From an uncultured archaeon (GTDB lineage: Archaea; Thermoplasmatota; Penumbrarchaeia; JASLWR01), in contig CAYFHS010000032.1 in the NCBI GenBank assembly GCA_964342815.1, positions 1-48,024 of the forward strand: a stretch of DNA of 48,024 nt, read 5' to 3'. A model generated the notes under the pieces. The model was not told the origin of the DNA, did no database searches, and saw only the letters and a list, made by a program, of their open reading frames with translations. The stretch's first letter is position 1; the number at the start of each line of letters is the position of its first letter. Below are positions 18,876 through 33,416 of the stretch, in pieces. A program made the translations under genes and the position numbers.

Positions 18876-19850
18876 TCAATATGCCGAGGTCACGGTCAGA
18901 TGGTATTGATTTGTATCCTCGCGCGCCATCTTCCACAGGTGGTAATCCATCTGTACGGCGTTTACGGCTTCTGCATCTGACCTTGCTGAATTGATCTGTT
19001 TAATCAGTTTTTCAATTGAGTATATTGTGTTCGCCCTTATCTCCAGTTCTTCCCTGGATCCACTCTCAAGTATCTGTTTGTTCCGTATCTTATTCCTAAG
19101 ATCATCAGAGTATTTCAGAATCCCGTAAGAGCATAATCCCTTTGGAACCTGGTAGTCTGCAAAAGCAGTGAGTTTTTCAATATCTTTAAAGAAAGGCAGG
19201 TCGGATCGCCGGAATCTAGAGGCGATCATGGCAGGGGCCAATTGGGCTCTCTTGTTGAATATTAGAGTATTGCCGTTAAGTGAGTATGTGTCTGCAAATG
19301 AAGGGAAATCCCGAACAAGCCGTTCAACTATACCTTTCCCGCGATTAAAACATCGGAAGGAGGATTTTCGAACGAGGGATGCAAAATCACCGTATTTTTT
19401 CCACAGCACCTCGCCTACTTCGTTCAATATCTTGACACGTTCCTGAAGCATTGGTATTGGCCCCCGATCTCCGGTGAGCCGACAGCGGGCTTCATCAATA
19501 TCGAGGCATTTGAGAAAATCACCCTTTACAAGGTCAGGTTCTTCAGCTAGCCAATTGTTCAAAAGCGCGAACATTGCAAAAGCGCCGTAATACTTGTTTG
19601 GAACCGTTGCTGAGAACCGTTCTTTCGTATCTGTATACCAGAACTTGAAATTAAGACAGTTGATAAGAAAGAAAAACTCCAGCACCTCGGGCCCATCACC
19701 CTTGGGTAGACAATCGGCTCTCCAGGTAGGATATTCAAATCGCTCACTGGAGATTGCTGCAGCAGTTTCCCGGATACGGTCCATGGATGTGAAAACATCC
19801 AGGCTCGACTTTGCGAGCCATTTACAGCTCTTGTATACGGGATTTTCCAT
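18876..19850 (-). CDS. qng1: Queuosine 5'-phosphate N-glycosylase/hydrolase-like protein (QNG1, DUF2419, C9orf64 family)
   Basis: LNFKFW, KRAQ, FADYQVP, ELEIRA and DYHLW motifs match DUF2419 conserved blocks. Confidence 0.85.
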   Translation of the reverse strand: MENPVYKSCKWLAKSSLDVFTSMDRIRETAAAISSERFEYPTWRADCLPKGDGPEVLEFFFLINCLNFKFWYTDTKERFSATVPNKYYGAFAMFALLNNWLAEEPDLVKGDFLKCLDIDEARCRLTGDRGPIPMLQERVKILNEVGEVLWKKYGDFASLVRKSSFRCFNRGKGIVERLVRDFPSFADTYSLNGNTLIFNKRAQLAPAMIASRFRRSDLPFFKDIEKLTAFADYQVPKGLCSYGILKYSDDLRNKIRNKQILESGSREELEIRANTIYSIEKLIKQINSARSDAEAVNAVQMDYHLWKMAREDTNQYHLTVTSAY

Positions 19851-19945
19851 GCGAGCTGTAACGCTATTTATAACATTTAAATAGAACGGAATAATTTTTT
19901 TATCGTCCCGTTCTTAAAAGTTCTCTCTCAGAATATTGACGAAAT

Positions 19946-19975
19946 AAGGGGAACCGACTCATGGTCCGTTCCCTT
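19946..19975 (-). terminator. Hairpin downstream of the RRM gene
   Basis: aaggggaac-c-gac-tcatg-gtc-c-gttccctt stem-loop about 70 nt after the RRM stop. Confidence 0.35.
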
Positions 19976-20042
19976 TAAAGCCTAGCAATAATCTTATTAT
20001 TTATTGGAGGCTTCTCACTTCACTCTTTTTCAAGAATGATGA

Positions 20043-20327
20043 TTACCAGCGGCCGCCGCCGCCACCATCGAATCTTGGTCGTGGCTCACGGGGTCGTGCC
20101 ATGTTTACTCTGAGTGTTCGTCCCAAGAAATCCTTACCGTTCAAGCCTGTGATGGCCCCATTGGCCTCATCATCATTAGGCATCTCGACAAAACCGAATC
20201 CTTTAGATCTACCACTATACTTATCAGTAATAATCTTCAAGCTCTCTACTTCTCCGAATTCTTCAAATGCTTCTCGTAACTGCTCTTCGGTGGCATCATA
20301 CTGCAAATTGCCCACATATATGTTCAT
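20043..20327 (-). CDS. Single-RRM RNA-binding protein with Gly/Arg-rich tail (bacterial RbpA-like)
   Basis: RNP2 IYVGNL, RNP1 KGFGFVEM, C-terminal RPRFDGGGGGRW. Confidence 0.95.
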   Translation of the reverse strand: MNIYVGNLQYDATEEQLREAFEEFGEVESLKIITDKYSGRSKGFGFVEMPNDDEANGAITGLNGKDFLGRTLRVNMARPREPRPRFDGGGGGRW

Positions 20328-20671
20328 TCTAACTATCTCCTTTCTTTCGTGTATGCATATGAATCCGATTCATTAAATTGTACTTTCCGATTCTCTGGTT
20401 CAGCTTTTCTCTATGTGAACCAGATAATATTGGTATACAATCATAGATTCATTTGCACCCCCCTCGAAACCAGATATATTATTTAAAGAATGCCCTTATT
20501 TTTTCAAGGTTGAGGGCCTGGTAACAAATCCAACGAAGCCCCGGTATAGAACTCGATAGGCATATATATATATGAAAAAAGGCATCTGGCTCGTGATTTT
20601 ATCAAAAGGAAAATGTTGCAATTGTATTATGTTGTAAATACAAAACCGAACCCTTCCAATTTTTCTTTTAA

Positions 20672-22672
<2,001 letters not shown>

Positions 22673-22679
22673 GGGGGTT

Positions 22680-26608
<3,929 letters not shown>

Positions 26609-26642
26609 AGGTAAAAACTCTTTTTTACTACTGCGGTTTCGG

Positions 26643-26909
26643 GTGATTGAAGTGGTGTCCATAAAGGAAATAATCGATAAATACAAATGGGATCCAAATA
26701 AAAATCTGAACAGCTTGCGCTTAAGATACGTTCACAGGGGTGCGGCCAACGACATCAAATGGGTAGAAGGCCGAAATGTGATAATGGCCAGTGAGGGTTT
26801 TCTTGAAATACGAGGTCCGGACGACAGAATCACATATATTCCATTCCACAGAGTAAATCTGATTATGGACGAAGGGATAATTATTTTCGATCGATCGAAG
26901 CTGAAATGA
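26643..26909 (+). CDS. DUF504 / MJ1316-like (UPF0248) small protein
   Basis: YKWDP...YVHRGA...IPFHRV pattern typical of archaeal DUF504. Confidence 0.8.
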   Translation: MIEVVSIKEIIDKYKWDPNKNLNSLRLRYVHRGAANDIKWVEGRNVIMASEGFLEIRGPDDRITYIPFHRVNLIMDEGIIIFDRSKLK

Positions 26910-26972
26910 TAATTTTCTTTCTCATTTCTATCGAGAGATAGTATTCATAACGAGCATTCTCTATATTACGTC

Positions 26973-27001
26973 CAGGATTTCGAACTATTTGAGAAATCCT
27001 G
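26973..27001. terminator. Hairpin between convergent genes
   Basis: caggatttc/gaaatcctg 9-bp stem between the DUF504 stop and the lipoprotein stop. Confidence 0.4.
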
Positions 27002-27011
27002 TTTGACTATT

Positions 27012-29120
27012 TTAGAACATCCAGCTCTTTTCTTCGAGATCGGTCTTCTTGATAAGAAGTTCATTCCCTTCGATTTTTATTGGAAGATAACTGGGCCAGC
27101 ACCCTCCCCCCTGGTTCTCCGTCCCGATGCTATTTATCGCATATTCGTTACCGCAATTGTTGCATTTCATTTTATCCCCGACCTGGCTGTATCCCTTTTT
27201 TGCGCTATAACAATTATCGCAGGCATCGAAGGCGACATGTACGTTACTATCTGAGCCCATGACGGCGAAATACTTGACTATGGTTCCACTGGCATCATAG
27301 GAAAAGAATTTGACCGTGGTGGTGATCTCCGAGAGCAGTATCCGGACATATTCATCAACTTCCGGTACCTTGGGATCAGTGCCATTCTGATATTCCTCGA
27401 AATTTGACAAACCGTCACCATCCGGATCAGCGCTGGCATCGTTCACCAGAGGATCGAGCCCGTTATCGATCTCCCATCCATCAGGCATCCCATCATCGTC
27501 AGTATCGGAATCATTCGGATCAGTGTTTTCCCCGAATTCTTCCAGGTTTGTCTTATCATCATTATCGGGATCGTCATCGGCGTCCAGTTTCGAAAGAGGG
27601 TCCAAACCGTTCGCAATTTCCCACCCATCGGTGATTCCATCGTTGTCAGTATCCGCATCCTTTGGATCGGTAGAATTAAGATACTCGCCAAGATTACTCA
27701 ATCCGTCGCTGTCGGCGTCGGCGGAACCGTCACTCTTCGTGGGATCAAGATCATTGTCCACTTCCCACCCATCCGGCATTCCGTCATCATCCGAGTCCGC
27801 ATTATCGGGGTCCGTGCCAATGTCCAATTCCTCGGAATTTTTCAGTCCGTCCTGGTCATTGTCGTCGAAAGGTCCGTCCGCGTCGTTCGGGTCCAGGTAG
27901 TTTGGTATACCATCGGCGTCCAGGTCACCTCTCCGCTCGGTTCGATCATCCTTCCCATCGCCGTCGCTGTCTGTATCCACCCAGTTCTTGTTACCGTCCT
28001 CATCGATGTCATCCCCGATCGTAGCCGCATCGGTGTACTCATCAAGATCGGAAATACCGTCACCGTCACTATCCAGGTCCAAGGCATCCACCTCTCCATC
28101 CCTGTCTGTGTCCCTTGGAAATCCGTCGTCCGTCTCCAGGAAATCATTGATGCTGTCTCCATCCGTATCCTCTGTGGATGGATCAGTTCCCGCGATATAT
28201 TCGTCTAGATTCGTCAATCCTTCGTCATCCATATCATCGTCGGCGTCGTCAAAGACCGGGTCGAGGCCGTTCTCAACCTCCCATCCGTCCGGCATTCCAT
28301 CTTCGTCCGTATCTTTTAGCAACGGGGAGGTTTCTTTCAAATATTCCTCAAGGTTGTTCAATCCATCTTTATCGGGGTCGGGTCTGCTGTCGTCGAGCAG
28401 CGGATTCAGACCGTGGATACCTTCCCATCCGTCCGGCATACCGTCCCCGTCCGTATCTGCAATGTTCGGATCAGTGCCATTGCTGTACTCGTTAAAATTG
28501 TTGGAACCGTCATTATCCGCATCGGCCTTACTGTCATCCACAAGCGGGTCAAGTCCGTTTTCCACTTCCCATCCGTCCGGCATTCCGTCCTTGTCGCTGT
28601 CAGAATCGCGGGGGTCTGTGGAACTCGTATATTCCTCGAGGTTGTTGAGTCCGTCTCCGTCATTATCGTATTTATAATCATATTCGGTGGGGTCCATTCC
28701 GTTATCGATCTCCCATCCATCCGGCATCCCATCCTCGTCCGTGTCCGCTTCGTTCGGATCGGTCTCCTGAAGATATTCATCCAGGTTGCTCAGGTCATCT
28801 TCATCCATGTCCTCACCGCCATCGTCCTCCAGGGGATCCAATCCATTTTCAATTTCCCATCCGTCCGGCATTCCGTCACCATCGGTATCGGATTCCTGAG
28901 GATCGGTTTTTTCCTGGAATTCCTTGAGATTGCTGAGTCCGTCCCCATCAGGATCGTCCATGCTGTCATCCACCTGTGTATCCAACCCATGTGCGTTTTC
29001 CCATTCGTCGGGTATTCCGTCTGCGTCTTCGACCTTCTCTACGGTTTTATTCGTGCATCCGATCAAAACAACTGACAATAATAACAATGAGATCAATCCT
29101 ACGTACACTTTTTTGTTCAT
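27012..29120 (-). CDS. Lipoprotein with ~25 Asp-rich TSP3-like repeats and a C-terminal DUF2318 (FtrD-like Fe-S) domain
   Basis: Lipobox-like VLIG-C after a basic/hydrophobic leader. Alternating DxDxDGMPDGWE / DxDxDGLxNLxE repeats. C-terminal FDACDNCY...KCNNCG...GGCWP. Confidence 0.85.
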   Translation of the reverse strand: MNKKVYVGLISLLLLSVVLIGCTNKTVEKVEDADGIPDEWENAHGLDTQVDDSMDDPDGDGLSNLKEFQEKTDPQESDTDGDGMPDGWEIENGLDPLEDDGGEDMDEDDLSNLDEYLQETDPNEADTDEDGMPDGWEIDNGMDPTEYDYKYDNDGDGLNNLEEYTSSTDPRDSDSDKDGMPDGWEVENGLDPLVDDSKADADNDGSNNFNEYSNGTDPNIADTDGDGMPDGWEGIHGLNPLLDDSRPDPDKDGLNNLEEYLKETSPLLKDTDEDGMPDGWEVENGLDPVFDDADDDMDDEGLTNLDEYIAGTDPSTEDTDGDSINDFLETDDGFPRDTDRDGEVDALDLDSDGDGISDLDEYTDAATIGDDIDEDGNKNWVDTDSDGDGKDDRTERRGDLDADGIPNYLDPNDADGPFDDNDQDGLKNSEELDIGTDPDNADSDDDGMPDGWEVDNDLDPTKSDGSADADSDGLSNLGEYLNSTDPKDADTDNDGITDGWEIANGLDPLSKLDADDDPDNDDKTNLEEFGENTDPNDSDTDDDGMPDGWEIDNGLDPLVNDASADPDGDGLSNFEEYQNGTDPKVPEVDEYVRILLSEITTTVKFFSYDASGTIVKYFAVMGSDSNVHVAFDACDNCYSAKKGYSQVGDKMKCNNCGNEYAINSIGTENQGGGCWPSYLPIKIEGNELLIKKTDLEEKSWMF

Positions 29121-29392
29121 GGTATCCCTACATAACTTTGTTAATTTACATTTAACGTAAACAAAATATAAACAATTTTGTTATTTTTTTTCCATATATT
29201 ATTAATATCGAGCATTGGCTCTCAATGGCAAGGGCTTTTTGATCGGAAATAACCATCAATGATTGTATTTCGAGACATCCGTCAGAGATAGAAATAGTGT
29301 GAAAAAAAAAATTTCTTTCAGGATTAAAAGCGAAATAATTACCGCAATTGTTTTATAATTGGAATTTGTTTTTACAACATTCTGGTGATCAT

Positions 29393-30109
29393 GTGATATG
29401 TCCAAGCTGTGGGAAGGATAATTACGGCGATGCAAGCCGATGCTACAATTGCGGTACCGATTTCTATGCGTGCCAGCAGGGACCTGCGGATCAACAATTC
29501 CAGACAGTTCTCACGGGGGCACCCTATGTTGAGGAAAAAAAGGGCCTGCCTGCCTGGGCTATCGTCCTCATCGTCGTGGGCGTGCTCGTTGTTCTGGCCG
29601 TACCGATAATGGCCGGTGTCTTGTACATGTGGACAATTAGCATGGCAGACACTGAAGGTGATGTATCTATCATGTCCTTCGAGGTCAGGGATGGAGTGAA
29701 CCGGGACGCCGAGCACGGATGCTTCTTCACTATCCGCGCTGTGAAATCGGTCGACATCGATCCCTCGAAATATTCCTTCTATGTGACCGAGACGGGACGC
29801 TCTCCAAAGAAACTTGATTTCGCTTTTCGGAACTACGAAGACCAGGGAGAGGATGATCTAACTCCCGTGGGCGGCGACAGAAACAAGTCCTATCGTTACG
29901 ATAACAAAAACTGGAAGATCGAGGGAATGAACGAGGAGGCTACCGGTTCATCATGGAGCGACGGCGAGTATATCGGTTTCGATATGCCAATGGCCGGCAT
30001 GGGTATTACCATTACGAAGGGCACCGTATACGAGGTCATGATAAAGGACCCGAACGCGCAAATCGTTTTCACTGATACATTTGTATACCAGCAACAGTTG
30101 ACAAGCTGA
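29393..30109 (+). CDS. Zinc-ribbon protein with a TM segment resembling an archaeal type IV pilin N-terminus
   Basis: GTG 29393 follows a GGTGA RBS; CPSC...CYNC; hydrophobic segment ending AGVLYMW; then an extracellular beta-rich domain. Confidence 0.75.
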   Translation: MICPSCGKDNYGDASRCYNCGTDFYACQQGPADQQFQTVLTGAPYVEEKKGLPAWAIVLIVVGVLVVLAVPIMAGVLYMWTISMADTEGDVSIMSFEVRDGVNRDAEHGCFFTIRAVKSVDIDPSKYSFYVTETGRSPKKLDFAFRNYEDQGEDDLTPVGGDRNKSYRYDNKNWKIEGMNEEATGSSWSDGEYIGFDMPMAGMGITITKGTVYEVMIKDPNAQIVFTDTFVYQQQLTS

Positions 30110-30273
30110 AAATCCTCCGTGACAAGTTACATCGAGGCTGCCGGTTCCTCATAATGTTACAGTAAATATTTCTGATTCGATATGCTCATGTACACCATTG
30201 GCTTGAATATTAAGGAAGAAAATATTTGGGAGGTCATGATAAAAGGAGCGAATATCAACGACACACAAATCAT

Positions 30274-31857
30274 TTACGTCTTCGATATCTTGTCACGTAT
30301 ATCTTTTATCTTTCTTTTTATATCAATGCCGGTCAATCTTGTGATCTCATTATCCACGCGTTCGATGGTGCTCGCCATCGGCCCTTTTTTTTTGAAATCA
30401 GAAACTTTCTTTGTTTCCAAGAAAACTTCGATAAGGTTCTTTTGATCATTCATTATTGGAGGCAGGCAGTGATTCTTGCACTCATAAGGCAATTTCCCTT
30501 CGATAAAATGATCCCTCAGGTGTCCATATCTCTCCGAGTGCCATATTTCGCCTAGTGAATGATCATTCACATTCATGTTGATCAGCGGTATAGATGAGAC
30601 ACAGCACTGCACTACACTGCCGTTTGCATCCACCGCCATGGACGTCCACGGCTCGGTACATTTTATTCGATCCGGTATTACCTTGTCATTATGTGGTGTG
30701 CCGTTCCAATTGGTAAAATGTACGACATCTTCAAATATTCCTTTTTTGGGATGAACGCAGGGACCGTATCCGTAGCCTTTCTCCCAATCCATTAAAGAAT
30801 TGATGTTATTTTTTACTCCGGAATCCTCCCATCGCAGCCTTTCTTTTTCAATCAACCTCTTCAATTCTGTTTCATCTCCGTCCCGCATAACGAGTTTTCT
30901 TCCCGCCTCCTTAGTGTATATCCTAATGGGGCTGTAATAAACAGAATCTGCTCCTGCGCCCTCCATCAACTCGAAGTGATCGATGATCTCGCAGAAGTTG
31001 AGCCGGTTGACCACTGCGCTTACACTGATCCTCGGAAATGCTTTTTTAGATGCAAGTTTAGTTTCCTTCAACTGCTTCAGAAAAGCAAACGCCCGCCCGA
31101 AGCTACCGTTTTTTCCTCTGAGGCGGTCGTGGGTTTCCGCCTTTGCCCCGTCAATGCTTATTATCACGGATGGCCATTCCATCTCCACGAGCTGTTCAGC
31201 AATTTCGGTATCGCCATAATAACCGTTGGTGGTCAAATGACCGACGATATCGTGCTTTCCTATCTCTTTCATGATCTCCATTAGAAAATCCCGATCCGAT
31301 AACGGCTCGCCGATGGCGCCTGTGAGATATATATTTCTCACTCCTAATGCAGCAGCCTCCCTCACGACCCGTATGTAGACATCGAGAGGCATCCTGTGGT
31401 TCATATCTCCAGATAATTTCTCACGTATTTTGATAATACTGTAAGCGTATAGCGGTACGCGGTCATCACGTGGGGACTCCTCTATTATTCGCGCACACCC
31501 TTTGTATTTCGAGTAATCCAGGGGTTCGGAACCCATAATGATCTTGTCGATGCTGCTCGAAGCATCTCTGCTCTCTTTTTTCTTGGTTATCTCGTCAGCG
31601 ATTTCCTCGTAACCGACCATCAATTTTGCTTTGACGTTGGAAAGAGTCCCGGAGTCCAGACCGAACAATGAAATAGCTGCGAACCTGTCGATATCGCTCG
31701 CCCTGCCTTTTTTTATATCAAGGTAGACCCGCCTTGCACAAAAGGTGCATTCCAGCGGACAAACCGTACTGACGAAGAGAAACAGATTCAGAGGACCCAT
31801 TGTTTTATGCTTCTCGTAGGAGCTTAACCGCTGAAATATCTCTCCGCTATTATCCAT
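30274..31857 (-). CDS. Radical SAM protein with a SPASM/twitch domain
   Basis: CPLECTFC; GEP, TTNG and SIDG...HD.LRG motifs; C-terminal CTEPW...NGSV..CC...CKNHC. Confidence 0.9.
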   Translation of the reverse strand: MDNSGEIFQRLSSYEKHKTMGPLNLFLFVSTVCPLECTFCARRVYLDIKKGRASDIDRFAAISLFGLDSGTLSNVKAKLMVGYEEIADEITKKKESRDASSSIDKIIMGSEPLDYSKYKGCARIIEESPRDDRVPLYAYSIIKIREKLSGDMNHRMPLDVYIRVVREAAALGVRNIYLTGAIGEPLSDRDFLMEIMKEIGKHDIVGHLTTNGYYGDTEIAEQLVEMEWPSVIISIDGAKAETHDRLRGKNGSFGRAFAFLKQLKETKLASKKAFPRISVSAVVNRLNFCEIIDHFELMEGAGADSVYYSPIRIYTKEAGRKLVMRDGDETELKRLIEKERLRWEDSGVKNNINSLMDWEKGYGYGPCVHPKKGIFEDVVHFTNWNGTPHNDKVIPDRIKCTEPWTSMAVDANGSVVQCCVSSIPLINMNVNDHSLGEIWHSERYGHLRDHFIEGKLPYECKNHCLPPIMNDQKNLIEVFLETKKVSDFKKKGPMASTIERVDNEITRLTGIDIKRKIKDIRDKISKT

Positions 31858-31874
31858 CCAACAACCTAAAATTG

Positions 31875-33401
31875 TTAAGGAACCGAATCCGGAAATGCCT
31901 CATCCATCACCCTTCCGTCGAAATAATCGGGTATATCCATGTCCAAGAGGCGAAGTATTGTGGGAGCCACGTCAAATACCTTGTATCCTTTACCCGTCAA
32001 TTCCAATCCTTCAAGCCTTTTTACAAATTTTCTCTTGGTGCAAATGTCGCTTATGGCATAGATCCCCTCGACCCGGTGTGTGCCGGATAGGTCGGCATCT
32101 TCGATCAAAGGTCTGCCAGGTATGTCCCTGTATATCGGATTGATTCCTCGTCCCACATAGCTTATGTCTCTCATCACCATATACATGTCAGGCATTTCAT
32201 AAGTATAGGAACCACTGAAAACGTCTCCCCTGAACCCCACAGCGTCAACTATCTTTTTTCCGTCGATGTCTTCTAATTTCATCAGTTCTCCCGCAATCTC
32301 ACTTTTTAGCTCGTCCGCCTCTTCGGGTAATACGATCCCGTGTTTCTCCCTTCCACTGAGATTCAAGGAGATGGAACAAAGGTTTCCCCATGCATATGCT
32401 TTTGTGTGATTCCAATCTACGTCATGGAAATATCGATCATAATTATGCGCTTCATTATTCCGTGTCGGCTCCTTTGACAGGAAGGACCTTACGAATCTCG
32501 ATATAGCACCTCGTAATCTTTTTTCACCCCTTTTCTCCCGCAGCAGGCTCATGTAACCCCTTTCCACCAGGAATTTATTGAGGTTTACGAACTTGTACAG
32601 CGGGCCGCTGCCGTGATCGGACACGAGTATTATCGCCGTATCTTTATTCTTGAGAGCCTCCATTATCTTCCCTATGCTCTTGTCCACCTGGATATAAACG
32701 TCCATCACAGCACTTTTGAACAGCCGGAGTTCGTCTGGCGGTATCCCGTTTCTCCCCGGATGATTTTCGTCCGTGTATTTCCAGAAAGCGTGTGATACAA
32801 TATCAGTTGCCATGAACACAGTTGCGAAGAAATCGAACTCAACCGTTTCGAGAAAATGAAGGATCATCTTCTCGCGGACTTTGGCAAGGCTTATTATTTC
32901 GTTCAAGAATTCCTTCCGGCTCTGACCTTCTCTGTAATTAGCCATGAATAAAATATCGCCCAGTTCCCGCACAAGCTCGTGTATCAGTCCGGGAGGATAA
33001 GAACACCGTTCATCGATCCGCGGGGTCTGCAGTCCCGTTACCATGTATCCGTTCACCTTTTCAGCGGGGTAGGTCATTGGATAGTTCACAATAATATTTT
33101 TTTTCCCCGCCCTGCCTAATATATTGTAGATAGTATCCACTTTTCGATCAAGGCTGCTGGTGGGATGCAGTTGGTAGGTGTCCGGATCGAGTTTTAAAAA
33201 ATCCGCAAGTCCATGCTTCCCGCAGTTAACGCCCGTAATGATAGAAGTCCAACCGGCAGGTGTTATGGGAGGCAGGGATTCCAGTTCACCGAAATATGAA
33301 CTTTTTAACAAAGAAGCGAGATTGGGTAGTTTCCCCTGTCTCGCCCACGGTAGTATAAGATCATATGTGGCTCCGTCTACCCCAAGGAGAAAAACCCTCA
33401 C
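31875..33401 (-). CDS. Alkaline phosphatase superfamily protein (type I phosphodiesterase/nucleotide pyrophosphatase)
   Basis: LGVDGAT, PPITPAGWTSIITG, D..SH, SDHG and GTH motifs. Confidence 0.9.
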   Translation of the reverse strand: MRVFLLGVDGATYDLILPWARQGKLPNLASLLKSSYFGELESLPPITPAGWTSIITGVNCGKHGLADFLKLDPDTYQLHPTSSLDRKVDTIYNILGRAGKKNIIVNYPMTYPAEKVNGYMVTGLQTPRIDERCSYPPGLIHELVRELGDILFMANYREGQSRKEFLNEIISLAKVREKMILHFLETVEFDFFATVFMATDIVSHAFWKYTDENHPGRNGIPPDELRLFKSAVMDVYIQVDKSIGKIMEALKNKDTAIILVSDHGSGPLYKFVNLNKFLVERGYMSLLREKRGEKRLRGAISRFVRSFLSKEPTRNNEAHNYDRYFHDVDWNHTKAYAWGNLCSISLNLSGREKHGIVLPEEADELKSEIAGELMKLEDIDGKKIVDAVGFRGDVFSGSYTYEMPDMYMVMRDISYVGRGINPIYRDIPGRPLIEDADLSGTHRVEGIYAISDICTKRKFVKRLEGLELTGKGYKVFDVAPTILRLLDMDIPDYFDGRVMDEAFPDSVP

Positions 33402-33416
33402 ACACTTAGCCCCGCA

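Noticed and set aside
27400-29075. Long Ser/Pro-rich antisense ORFs (27523..27900, 27988..28677, 28413..29075 and similar ones opposite 6957..14018)
   Set aside because: These are shadow frames produced by GAY/GGN-rich Asp/Gly codons on the coding strand.
30274-33401. Anaerobic sulfatase maturase plus sulfatase pair
   Set aside because: The hydrolase lacks the (C/S)xPxR formylglycine motif and has an NPP-type Thr motif instead.
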